Source: Eledone cirrhosa (lineage: Eukaryota). Taken from it: 64,000 nt of DNA. The translations under genes and the position numbers were made by a program. The notes beneath the pieces are model-generated. The model ran no database searches. It was given only the letters and a program-made list of their open reading frames with translations, and was not told where the DNA came from. Positions 14,441 to 28,759 of the stretch are shown piece by piece (the first letter of the stretch is position 1; every line of letters begins with the position of its first letter). The stretch lies in contig OZ024742.1 of the NCBI GenBank assembly GCA_964016885.1, positions 310,434,001 through 310,498,000 on the forward strand, given 5' to 3'.

Positions 14441-14884
14441 GACTGATGGTATGACTTGTGGTATTTGTTGTTGCTGTTGTTGCAGTTGTGTATGTCGGCG
14501 TCATTATCGCAGTGAAAGTAGTGGAAGTGGTTAGGTAGTTAGATAGGTAGGTACTATGGCGGTAGTGTTGGTGGTCTTCGTTACATTACAAACCCTTCTC
14601 TATTTAGAGAGTTGTTGAAGGTAGGGTGACCGTAACATTGGTGGGGGTAGTATTGCTGAGGTAAAGTATAAGATAATGAGAGAATGACATTGGAAGGACA
14701 ACTGTCATCCGTATCTTTCACCATACATACACACCCATACATACACCTTATATATGCGACAACGACCACCTACATTATCTCCAAAACAACAACCACCACC
14801 GCCATTAACACTACTAATACCATCACAACAAACAGACAAATACAACCACCTAATTGATTACAATGTTCTGTTCATCATCATCAT

Positions 14885-14957
<73 letters not shown>

Positions 14958-14961
<4 letters not shown>

Positions 14962-15152
14962 AACGAGTAGGACCCCGACGGCTGAGCTGAAGCCGTTTCG
15001 ACGGCTAATTCTAGTCCAGAATTAGCCGTCGAAATGGCTTGAGCTCAGCCGTCGGGGTCCTACTCGTTGCTATTACCCACACTACTACCCTAAGTATTGA
15101 GTACTTTGGTGCGTTATGGTCCATCTGGTTCCTTACCACATTTCCTTCGTTA
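14958..15152. mobile_element. Family C foldback element
   Basis: ggaacgagtaggaccccgacggc... arm, its inverse and an ~80 bp tail; near-identical copies at 32283-32482, 56971-57181, 59918-60108; fragments at 1025-1079 and 19055-19134. Confidence 0.9.
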
Positions 15153-15195
15153 TATATATATATATATATATAGAGTGCGTATACATTTTTGGGAC

Positions 15196-15253
<58 letters not shown>

Positions 15254-15259
<6 letters not shown>

Positions 15260-15331
15260 GTCCTAAAAAATGTATACACACTTTTATTAGAATGCTGTTG
15301 CAGTGTGTATACATTTCTGGGGATAACCTGT
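15254..15331. mobile_element. Tiny Tc1/mariner-like MITE
   Basis: Imperfect TIRs agggtgtcc..tgtatacacac / gtgtgtataca..acctg in TA context; an extra TIR half at 15175-15200. Confidence 0.55.
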
Positions 15332-15441
15332 ATATATATATATATCCATATTATATATATATATGTGTGTGTCTGTAAGTGTATCTATCTATCTATAATA
15401 TATATAGAGAAAGATATCTATCTATAATATATATATATATA

Positions 15442-16154
15442 TACAGACCGATTATGCATATACGCTAGCTTAGCCGTATTCTAAAGCTTCGTCAATGCTT
15501 TACTAAAATTTATATTTACTCCTAGAATTAACAATTAACTGATTAATTTAATTAGATGATTCTATTGATTGATTAATTGTTTAAGTTTGCTTGATAACTT
15601 CTGGTTGAGTGCTTTATTCGGTTTGTCTAAAGGGATTCATTCCTTTATCTCAAATTAGAATTCACCGCCTAAGAGGGGGTTACCTCCCTTGGAGTAAACC
15701 ACGTGTCTGTGGCGACATTTAAAGCTACAACATACCCGCTCAGGTTAAGAACGAAAGACTTGCTGAAGAAGTAAATCCTATGTTCTGTCGTCAAAAACCA
15801 TTATATTGCAGACTCCTGCAATAGGAATTTGTCGATCTTGGATTTGCAGATACTTAGCGCTGATGTTGGATGCTATATGTGATGTATATTGTTGATATAC
15901 GATGTAAGTTATATATTTTGCACTCAGCCTCACCGCTATGTCCGGGTCAGTATAAAATCTTTTCCTGGGTCCTGTATTTTCGTTGCTCTAGTGATGCGGC
16001 TGGACTGCCGACCGCTATATCTGATTTGCTAAGCTGTCTGAACGTAATGTTATTACTCTGGGGTCTTTCCTCATCTGAGTGCTCAAGCTACAGACCGATT
16101 ATGCATATACGCTAGCTTGGCCGTATTCTAAAGCTTCGTCAATGCTGTACTAAA

Positions 16155-16156
<2 letters not shown>
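15442..16156. mobile_element. Non-coding partial-tandem element in (TA)n
   Basis: ~67 bp direct repeats 15442-15509 and 16089-16156 (period 647). Confidence 0.75.
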
Positions 16157-16227
<71 letters not shown>

Positions 16228-16242
16228 TGTTAAATCTGATCA

Positions 16243-16338
<96 letters not shown>

Positions 16339-16677
16339 TGATCAGATTTAACAAACATCAAACGAAATAACAACAATAATTTTCTATAATTGTTTCGTTA
16401 TTTTTTCCTCCCCAAAACGCTTGTCTTTTGACTTTTCATTTATCGTAGCGTGACTGATAGGTTCCGGACATGTAGAAAGATTACAATAATTGTTTCAACT
16501 AACCACAAACAAGTAAGTAATACAGAAGTAAAAAACAACAGCGAGTTAACGTATCTTGAACAGTGTTATGATAATGTGAAATCCACGAGAGAGAATTAGA
16601 GAGAGAGAGTAGGAGAGCTGAATAGAAGTCTTAGAACTGTTTAATTGATGACAATGGAATAATATTGTATGTGCTTG

Positions 16678-18665
<1,988 letters not shown>

Positions 18666-18689
18666 TATATATATAGTATATATATAATA

Positions 18690-18747
<58 letters not shown>

Positions 18748-18842
18748 CAGATTGGAGGCGGTAAAAACCAGTTAGACCATTACTCACGAGACTAATCTCG
18801 ATTCTTGGGGTAGTAGAGTGTGTAATATGAAAACAATTCAGG

Positions 18843-18938
18843 ACCCCGACGACTGAGCACCGGCCGTTTCAACAGCTAGATCCGAACTAATGCGTCGGTA
18901 TTCGAGCGGCCGGAATCTAGCTGATCTCCTCAAGGGGT
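18843..18938 (-). ncRNA. Hammerhead of family C (TTGAGGA core, long stem II)
   Basis: acccc-TTGAGGA-gatcagctagat..atctagctgtt-GAAAC-ggc..gtc-GTC-ggggt, within a minus-strand family C copy at 18750-18995. Confidence 0.7.
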
Positions 18939-18990
18939 ATAGTCCATATATAGGCAGACAGTCTAATGATAATCTTTAAAGTATATTGTT

Positions 18991-19052
<62 letters not shown>

Positions 19053-19149
19053 GTTTACCCACTCTACTACCCTAAGTATTGAGTACTTTGGTGCGTTATG
19101 GTCCATCTGGTTCCTTACCACATTTCTTTCGTTATATATATATATATAT

Positions 19150-19644
19150 AAATAAAATAACAGGAGGCTAGACTGGTGTAAATCGTTAAAAGGTTTATTA
19201 AACTATGATCATTTAATATGACCGGGTTCCATATGAATCCAGTGATATCATCAGGTATTCGAAATATAACAAAGGAATATGTAAAAACCATGGGTCCGAA
19301 AAATCAGAGACAGAGAGGATGACTGACCAACTAGCTGCTTTCATCTTGGCCAGTCGCCCATGGTTTTTACGTATTCCTTTGTTATAATTCGAATACCTGA
19401 TGATATCACCGGATTCATATGGAACCCGATCGTTGAAATGATCATAGTATAATAAACCTTTGAAGGATTTACACCAGTCAAGTCTCCTGTTATTTTATTT
19501 ATAATTAACTCTGTATTCGCACCACCAACTACACAAACGAAGACGGGTGAACTGCACTACGTTGAGTACTCTCCACAATATCACACCAATATTGACCATA
19601 CGGAATGACCAATTCTATCCAGTGGTGAACCAACAAACCTGAAG

Positions 19645-19647
<3 letters not shown>
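19150..19647. mobile_element. Family G foldback element
   Basis: Arms 19150-19294 / 19357-19503 plus tail. Confidence 0.8.
19393..19450 (+). ncRNA. Type I hammerhead (family G)
   Basis: atac-CTGATGA-stem II-GAAAT-gatc-ATA-gtat, followed directly by AATAAA. Confidence 0.75.
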
Positions 19648-19677
<30 letters not shown>

Positions 19678-20052
19678 GTAGAAGGTGAGTTTTATTGTAG
19701 TACAATAAAGCAATGCAGATATCGGATAAGAAGCACTCTACAGTTTGTAGGACTGGAGTATACATAATATATAAGAATAAAATATGGTTAAAAGAGTTCC
19801 ATGTATTTTATTAAGCGCATTTCAAAAACAAATATCATCATGCAATAATATTTGTGTTTTCATCAGATAAAACAGGAATATGTTGATTTACAACTGCACT
19901 ATCCACAAGTGTTTTTTTTAACCTTCATATCATGTCTTCCTGTTTTATCTGATGAAAACACAAATATTATTGCATGATGATATTTGTTTTTGAAATGCGC
20001 ATAATAAAATACATGGAACTCTTTTAACCATCTTTTGTTCTTAGATATTATA
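19678..20052. mobile_element. Family K foldback element
   Basis: Tail 19678-19764; arms 19766-19880 / 19933-20052. Confidence 0.8.
19943..20009 (+). ncRNA. Type I hammerhead (family K)
   Basis: ttttat-CTGATGA-aaacacaaatat/atatttgttttt-GAAAT-gcgc-ATA-ataaaa. Confidence 0.85.
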
Positions 20053-20071
20053 TATATATATATATGTGTGT

Positions 20072-20193
<122 letters not shown>

Positions 20194-20483
20194 ATAATAA
20201 TAAATTTGAACACTGGAATCCAAAGAGGGCTCGATAAGGATAAATATATACCAAATATATAAGAACCGTAGAGCAAATTATTATTTAAATAATAGATTAC
20301 AGTTTAAGCAAAGAATTGCTGCTTTCACCCTAAACGGGATCTTCTGAGACACAGCAGATCCCGTTTAGGGTGAAAGCAACGATTCTTTGCTTAAACTTTA
20401 ATCTATTATTTTAATAAATAAATATATATATATATATATATATTCATGTATATATATATGTATATATATATATATATATACCT

Positions 20484-20583
<100 letters not shown>

Positions 20584-20808
20584 GTATATATATATACATA
20601 CACACACACACACACACACACACTCATATATATATATATATGTATATATTAAGAAAAATGATGTAGTTTCGTTTACATGTATTCAATTGGGTGTCTTGCT
20701 ATTACGTGCGTTTCGCAGAAGATTGGCTCAGGGTCACCAATATAAATTTTGGACCCGACTCCATTATAGGTTGGTTCTTCAGACTGGTAATCCGAATCAC
20801 ATACCCTA

Positions 20809-20858
<50 letters not shown>

Positions 20859-20865
20859 TATATAT

Positions 20866-21050
20866 ATTTGAAAAGGCAGTAAGGTTCTATACAAAACAGT
20901 GGTTATAGAGAAAAGGTGAAATTGGAAATAGCACGGAAAATATATTTTAGGATCTGTTTTTCTTTTTTTTTCCGCCAAAGTGACATTATTGAAAAAATGC
21001 TAGGGACAATTCTTTTAAAAAATGAGTTTTATAATGTATATAAAGTATAT
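20866..21050. repeat. Dispersed repeat beginning at a TA tract
   Basis: Similar to 40057-40250 (tttgaaaagg..ctatacaaaa..gcggaaaatatattt..aaagtgacattattgaaaaa). Confidence 0.7.
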
Positions 21051-21230
21051 AAAATATAATCGGTTTGGATGTATCAGTGAAATCCATCTTATCAAATGTT
21101 GAGTGTTACAATTAAAAAGAATTAAAAATTAAAGATTTATGTGTTGAGGCAAGTTTGTTCATCTTTCTTGTGAAGAAGACTGGATCTAAAATGGAATCTT
21201 GTATATATATATATATATAGAGTGATAGTC

Positions 21231-21312
<82 letters not shown>

Positions 21313-21490
21313 GCGCGCGTGTGTGTGTGTGTGTGTGTGTGTGCGTGTGTGTGTGTGCGTGTTTATCCCGCGTTCACACGGGGGTAACCACAGTAGGTAA
21401 GGTACTCAATACATAGCAGAGTATATATATTTAATATAGAAATGGCTTCTACAGGACTGTAGAAACCATTTCTATATATATATATATATA

Positions 21491-22946
21491 TAGTAATAAT
21501 ATAGAATTATACCTGAAACCTAAAATTAGAAGCTTGGCCCTTCTTGCAATGTGGAACACTTCTTTCGCGGTGTTTCATTGGTTCAATGGCATATGCAACA
21601 AGGAACATTGCCGTTTTATCCAATTCGACATCAATAATTACTACTTCTCCTTCACTTTACCACTTCTTCTTAGAGCTATCAATTTCGCTAAAACACTCAC
21701 AGTGGCTGAGTATTTCGAAGTTGATGTCACCCTCAATGCCCGTAAGTCGGTGATTAATTTCGATGACTCTATTTGGATTAAAAAATCTAATAGTACCCCA
21801 TTCGATGTGAGTATGAGGGCCAGCGATTCTGCGGAGATTACTGATCTTATCCGCCTTTTCCATCTTTTCTCTATCAAGGAAAAATTCCCCAACGTGGGCG
21901 GTGGTTTGTACCGTGATGACGGCTTTTTACCATGACAAAGTGCGGCCCACGACCATGACAAAGTGAGGCCAACCTCTCGGTCGTTAATTACCTCCACGTT
22001 ACCCTCAATTTGTCGAATGGCTTGCACTACCCGTATAGAAAGCGGAATGATACGCTTAATTACATAAGCAAGCATTCTAACCATCCTGCCAGCATAACAA
22101 AGAACCTGGTAACAAACGTTTCTTAGAGGCTTTCCCGTCTATCTACAAACGAGCATATTTTCGCCGACCATTCCACATATTACAATGAAGCTCTCGCTCA
22201 GAGTGGATTTGTCGATAAGGTAGCATATACCGAGTATGAGCATAGACATAGGAAATATAGATCCCGACGTATTATATGGTATAATCCACAATATAATATG
22301 GAGGTGGCCACACCATTAGCTAAGATCTTTCTCGCCCTTATTATGAAGCATTTCCCCCCAGCACATAAATATAACATTTTTAATAGAAATACCATTAGAA
22401 TTGCTTACTCTACGACTCCTAACATGGCACATAACATCACTGCTTCAAATTTAGCTAAATTACCTAGTCGTAGGAACTCGTGCAACCCTGTAGCTAGTAC
22501 TAACTGTAATTGTAGGAATTGGGTTGACTGACCCCTATCCGGGAAATTACTCTCTAGTAACATTGTCTACAAATGTAAGGTTGACACACCCACGTCCCGT
22601 AGGGCCTACATAGAGTTAACCGCCGATAGATTCAAGCAGTGTCTTTACATGCATACCCATTCTTTTCTTAACCCTTTAAGAAGGAATATGACGTCACTTT
22701 CAGCTTATATCTGGAGTCTAAAAGACAACCACACCCAATATAGGTTACACTGGGAGATCCTAACTGGGGGCTAAATCGTATAACGGAAATAAAAGACCAT
22801 GTGACCTCTGCGCCACTGAAGCCCTGGAAATACTCTACGCCAATGACCACATCTTAAACAAAAAATCTGAGGCAATTTCGGCTTGTAAACATAAATTGCA
22901 CAAAACTTTCCTGTATTACAGCCCCACTTTATACCCTAACGGATAG
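21491..22946 (+). mobile_element. Second Naiad-type Penelope-like element, degenerate (RT + GIY-YIG)
   Basis: FIQFDINNYY, FDVSMRASDSAEITDL, GLYRDDG, IIWYNP, CNCR..., IVYKC..RAYI, CDLC..E, NKKSEAISACKH; several disablements. Confidence 0.9.
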
Positions 22947-23840
22947 TACGAACAATACGCGGATAATTTACGTCTTGATGTGGTAGCTAAGTATATTTTA
23001 TGTTTATACCATTACTTATTTGTATAGGTAAGTATATATTACCCGTACGTTTTTTGAAGGTGCGTATACTTTCTCGTACGTATATTTGCTTGTATTTGTT
23101 ATAGGCTTATATATTATATTATATATACTGGTACATGTTTATATGGTTATGTGTATACGTGAGTTTTGCGTTTGTGTGTGCATGCGGGTTTGCACGTATG
23201 TTGGGTGTGTGTATATGTGTACTTTGTGTTTTGGTAGTCGTACGTTTAGCGAACATATGTGTATTTACATGTAGGTGTGTGTGTGCGCGCGTTATATACG
23301 TATTTATGTGTGTATATTTATATAATTTTCATAATTATATGCATACGCGCGCGCGCACACACACACATGTATATATATATTTTTTATATATGTTTTATGT
23401 GTATTTGGTGTATACGTTCGTATGTGCGGGTACAGGCGTTGCATGGGTTTTGTATGCGTGCGCGTGTTTTTGTGTACGTGCCTGTATTTGTATACCCATG
23501 GCGGGGGTTTTCGCGTATACATGAGTATGTACGTATATGGATGCGTTAATGTATATATTTAATTATTGTTGATTTCAATAACCTCTGTAATTTATTTACA
23601 TTATTCTTAACTCTGAAGTCGAGAATCATTCGGTTTCCTAAATAGAATTTTAGTCTACGACTTCATTTATATTATAAACGTGGTTTCCCCCGATCCAAAT
23701 AATGACGTATTATCTTCGTTTTTTTCCGTTCTTTGCCAAAGAACGTTTCCACGAACCAAAGTATCGTCTTCCTGTCTGTCTTCTTCGGTTGTAACGTTTT
23801 TCGAATATTTACTTCTGCGTTCACAGATTGATTTTTTTTT

Positions 23841-23891
23841 AGTTTCAGAAGATCCCGTTAAGGGTGAAAGCAGCAATTCTTTGCTTAAACT
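23841..23891 (+). ncRNA. Hammerhead-fold motif of family A with CAGAAGA core
   Basis: agttt-CAGAAGA-tccc/gggt-GAAAGCA..TGCTT-aaact; further pairing acagatt/aatctgt. Confidence 0.65.
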
Positions 23892-23928
23892 TTAATCTGT
23901 TATTTTAATATATATATATATGTATATG

Positions 23929-24038
<110 letters not shown>

Positions 24039-24060
24039 TAACAGATTAAAATTTAATCCG

Positions 24061-24104
<44 letters not shown>

Positions 24105-24568
24105 CAAGAATAGACAAGACAAAAATAGAGATGAAGAAACACGTGTACACACACAAACGTGGACACTCACTCGAACTCAAACATTACAAATAATTCACAG
24201 ACACACGGACACTCATACACAAACATATACATACATGCTGAAGATAGGACACTCGAAACAACGATTCGTCAAGAGGAATCAGCGTAGGGAAATCATCAAG
24301 ACAGTAAATAGAAAGAAATAAAGGAGTTCAAAGGTGGCATGAAGAAACTGAAGCTCAAATAACTCAAGTCTTAGAGAGCAAGAGCAGAAGATTTACGATT
24401 TGAAAAGATTGTCGAGTGGAAATTTGCTGCTTTTAGTTACAATCCACATGAAGAGCTCAAAACCTTTAATTCGAATTTCCTCAATGAACAAAATCTGTTC
24501 AAAATGTGGTGCTAAAATGGAATGGTGAGTCAACTGGATTGATTAGACCAGTCATTACAAATTCAGAC

Positions 24569-24752
24569 CAGACATGTGCAACATGCGGCCCTTTACAAGC
24601 ACACTTGCGGCCTGCACAAATGTTTTTACAGCGTGAGCATGTATTATCTTCATAATATAAAATTAAAAAAATTAGTTGCTGTGTGGGGGGCCCTTAGACA
24701 ACACATATGTGACCAATGTGGCTCTCGGGAAACCCTCAGTTTGACATGCCTG
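24569..24752. mobile_element. hAT-like MITE, diverged
   Basis: Ends cagacatgtgcaac / gtttgacatgcctg and internal tgcggcc motifs; no clear TSD. Confidence 0.55.
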
Positions 24753-24844
24753 GTTTTGAGTATTACTGAATTACCATAACTGCCACGGCTAGGACACTGT
24801 TCTGTTGGTCTGCTAGGCCAAGAATGGCCGGTGGCTACAGCAAA

Positions 24845-25035
24845 ATATTCGATTGGCAGTAATGGTAGAGGGTCGGACGCCATGCTTTGATGCATAGAGT
24901 TACGGCCCTTGCCATTCTGAGTTCAAATCTCGCCGAGGTTAACTTTGCCTTTCATCCTTACGGGGTCGATAAAATAAGTACCAGTAATGAACAGGCTAAT
25001 TGCTGGCCTTGTGCCCAAAGTAGAAACAATTATCA
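24845..25035 (+). mobile_element. Meta-type SINE, short subfamily
   Basis: tRNA-like head, gagttcaaatc, shared core and 3' end. Confidence 0.85.
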
Positions 25036-25273
25036 CTATATCAAACCAACATTTTATTTTCAATCGTTAATATTTACAGAAAGGACGGAAGTAAAAAAAA
25101 AAAATTCAGTGGGTGGACGAGGGCCAGGGGGTGTGCAATCTGGGCGGTATATCTGAATGTTCCGCTGATAAGATGGTGATATTGTTGGCATTGAGATCAC
25201 ATAGCACCCCCTCTGTATCAGTCGTTCCAACTCATGTGGCTCCTTGCCCAGGCATGATGCTATCCTCCTAATT

Positions 25274-25580
25274 TCTTCTTCTTCTTCTTCTTCTTCTTCT
25301 TCTTCTCCCCCCCTCCTCCTCCTCCTCCTCCTCCTAATCTTCCTCCTCTCCCTCCTCTTACTTCCTGGGAGTGTCGTGGAGCCATAGTCTTCAGACACGT
25401 CTTCACAAGAGTGTTATCAGAAGCAACAGTCTCTAATTGATCCGGTTGTGTCCCCAAGCCACACTAACCAATCCCATTCTTGTGTTCTATATCTGGGTCT
25501 CCTGTCGATTGGCTTTGCCCGATTTATTGCAGGAATATGGACGTCCAGAGACCAAGGACAGCGGAGTTCTGGATGGTAGC
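25274..25580 (-). mobile_element. RTE-like LINE 3' fragment with (GAA)n/(GGA)n tail
   Basis: Minus strand 'gagactgttgcttctgata' region resembles 45600-45720. Confidence 0.5.
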
Positions 25581-25659
25581 TGACATCAAAACGGTCAATC
25601 AATGCCTGTTATTTTATTAGAACTAAATATTTGTCTGTCTATTACTGCAACATATGTGT

Positions 25660-26134
25660 TTACGTATACGTTTGTGTGTGTGTGTATGCGTATGATGTAT
25701 GGGTTTTTGCTCGTGGATGTGTGTATGAGTGGTTCTGCTTGTGTATGTGTGCGTGTGTGTGTGTGTGTGTTCGTGTGTATGCGTATGAGCTATATGTTTT
25801 TGCTCGTGGATATGTGTGTATGTGGTTCTGCTTGTGTATGTGTGCGTGTATGTATGTGTGTATGTGTGTGTCCGTGTGTATGCGTATGAGGTATGTGTTT
25901 TTGCTCGTCGTGTGTATGTGTATGTGTTCTTCTTCGTGTGAGTAGTTCTGCTTGTGCATGTGTGCCTGTATGAGTGTGTGTACGTCTGTGTGTGTGTATG
26001 TGTCTGTGTGTATGCGTATGAGGTATGTATTTGTGCTCGTTGATGTGTATGTGTATGTGTGTGCATGTGTCCGTATGTATGTTTGTATGTATGTATGCAT
26101 GTGTGTGTGTTTGTATATGTACATGTATACATAC

Positions 26135-26180
<46 letters not shown>

Positions 26181-26273
26181 TCTTCTTCGTGTGAGTGGTT
26201 CTACTTGTGTGTGTATGTGTGTGTGCGTATATATGTATGTTTGTATGTATGTATGTGTGTGTGTTTGTGCATG

Positions 26274-26330
<57 letters not shown>
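25660..26330. repeat. TG-rich degenerate minisatellite
   Basis: Recurring 'tatgcgtatga..ttttgctcgt..ggttctgcttgtg' at roughly 95-130 bp spacing. Confidence 0.8.
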
Positions 26331-26335
<5 letters not shown>

Positions 26336-26578
26336 CTCCGTATCAGTCTGTCAATCTCCCGCCCTTTCTGTTTCATATTTTTTATCTCAGTTTTTATCGT
26401 CCTAGTTTCCTTATCAGAAGAAATAAAAGAAATGAAAAGAAGAGAGAAGAGAGGAAAAGAAAGGAAAATAGATAAAAATAATAACAAAAAAAGTAACAAT
26501 GAAGACGTAAAAGAAGCAGCATCAGAAATATTCTCCTCCCAACAAGTACCTATTCCCTCCTTGAAGATGTTCCTTCTC

Positions 26579-26609
26579 TAGCAACAGCAGCAGCAGCAGT
26601 AGCAGCAGC

Positions 26610-26644
<35 letters not shown>

Positions 26645-26704
26645 CAACAGCAGCAATAGTAGTAGTAGTAGTAGCAGCAACAGCAGTAGTAGTAGTAGTA
26701 GTAA

Positions 26705-26752
<48 letters not shown>

Positions 26753-26766
26753 CAGCAACAGCAGAA

Positions 26767-26829
<63 letters not shown>

Positions 26830-26833
26830 CAAC

Positions 26834-26869
<36 letters not shown>

Positions 26870-26927
26870 TACAGTAGTAGTAGTAGTGGTAGTAGTAGTA
26901 GTAGTAGTTACAGTAGTAGTAGTAGTG

Positions 26928-26989
<62 letters not shown>

Positions 26990-27008
26990 TACAGTAGTAG
27001 TAGTAGTG

Positions 27009-27076
<68 letters not shown>

Positions 27077-27101
27077 TACAGTAGTAGAAGTAGTAGTAGT
27101 G

Positions 27102-27132
<31 letters not shown>

Positions 27133-27142
27133 AAGCAGCAGC

Positions 27143-27204
<62 letters not shown>

Positions 27205-27205
27205 C
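26579..27205. repeat. ~630 bp (TAG)n array with CAG/TTACAG interruptions
   Basis: Direct reading. Confidence 0.98.
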
Positions 27206-27866
27206 GAGCGCAAACCTTGCTGACACATTTTGAGGTATTGTCACGTGGGAATAATGTGAAGGCTGCTCTATTTATCTCTCTCCCTCTATCTTTTCATAAA
27301 TAAGACAATTTACAGACAGTCAGACAGAGAAAACGTGACCCCCAAACAAACAGTCCATATGAAACTAACACATAAACATCTTGATGCACACACACAGACA
27401 GACAAAAGCATAACACCCCAGCCTCCACCAGACACACACATATACACACTCGATGTATAAAAATACTTTCACTTTTAGCGAACCAACGAGCTGGGCCTCG
27501 TTCAATTTGCTTGCAAGAGAAGATAACTCATTCTAAATCGCACCTTACCGTACTAAATAAGGAAATAATACGTTGGATAATGTTGTCTTATGTATCCCTA
27601 CACGGAATGTATGCCTACAAAATCAAAGCTGATCTAGGGTTAAACAAACACCAGCTACAACAAACATATTTACGTCTTTATAAATATACCGGAATAGAGC
27701 ATGGTAATACGAACATGTAAATAACTGGATGTACTGATTTATACACAACTCACACAAACATACATATTGATAGCAAGCACAATCCCTCCGAAATGGTGCA
27801 TATTTGTGATATTTCCTTTATACACATAATGGACTTTAACGTTCAAATCGACGCATAAGCTTCAAG

Positions 27867-28185
27867 AGGGAATGGCTCTTCCAGCGCATCTCCCTTACCA
27901 TCCTCCGGGGAAACACCTTCTCCATTCTGTCCGCCGGGGCTGTGGGGATGCCAGCACGTGGGACCCCATTTGCTCACCATACAGAGAGATGGCGATGGCG
28001 AGAGAGATGGAGGCGATGACAGTAGGAGTTCGGCTCTTCCACATTCTGACCATATCCTTGTGGTTGTGTTTACTGAGAAAGTTATGATATGATCTCAGCA
28101 TTGTTATGATATTATACATAAAGCCATCGTATGTCCCGTTAATTCTGTTCTTAAGTTAACAAATGATTGCTAGCTTCAATAAACA
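27867..28185 (+). mobile_element. CRE-clade-like non-LTR retrotransposon 3' end
   Basis: REWLFQRISLTILRGNTFSIL resembles the QRxSxxxxRGNA terminus of CRE-type RLE proteins; AATAAA near 28178. Confidence 0.6.
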
Positions 28186-28517
28186 AATGTACTCTTAATG
28201 CAATTCGTAACTGAAAGCATAGTGACATAGTGTCATAAGACTGCAAATTTATATAAAAGGTACAGTCCATCCAGCGGACTTCCATATGGTTGTCATATAC
28301 ATTGGTGATACAATCAAGCTAGGATCCGAATTCTGTAATGTATTTGTAAATTAAAAACTAATTTAAAAATCTGTTGTATGTATCACATATCAACATGTGT
28401 GTTCATCTAACCGATATAATATGTACTTAAACTTAAACACAAATAATGCATTACATTTCCTATCGACATATTAAACAACCTTTTGACCTTGTGCTAATAA
28501 GATAAACCATTATTATG

Positions 28518-28759
28518 CGATTTGAACTCAGAATGGCAAGGGCTGTAACTCTATGCGTCAAAGCATGGCGTCCGACCCTCTACCGATACTGCCAATCCTC
28601 TACCTCTATTTAATAATTGTTTCTACTTTTGGCACAAGGCCGGCAATTACCCAGAACATTACTGGTACTTTATTTTACGGGGTCGATAAAATAAAGTACC
28701 AGTAATCCACTGGGTAATTGCTGGCCTTGTTCCAAAAGTAGAAACAATTATTATTAAAT
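28518..28759. mobile_element. Cluster of Meta-type SINE pieces with inverted 3' ends
   Basis: Minus-strand head 28518-28608; inverted 3' ends 28609-28676 / 28688-28759. Confidence 0.8.

Noticed and set aside
16050-16085. CAGATGA-g-GAAA on the minus strand
   Set aside because: No NUH site or stem III pairing
20698-20785. CTGAAGA..GAAAC..GTA on the minus strand; similar partial motifs at ~24238 and ~40772
   Set aside because: Stem I or GAAA not properly supported; possibly decayed hammerheads, not counted
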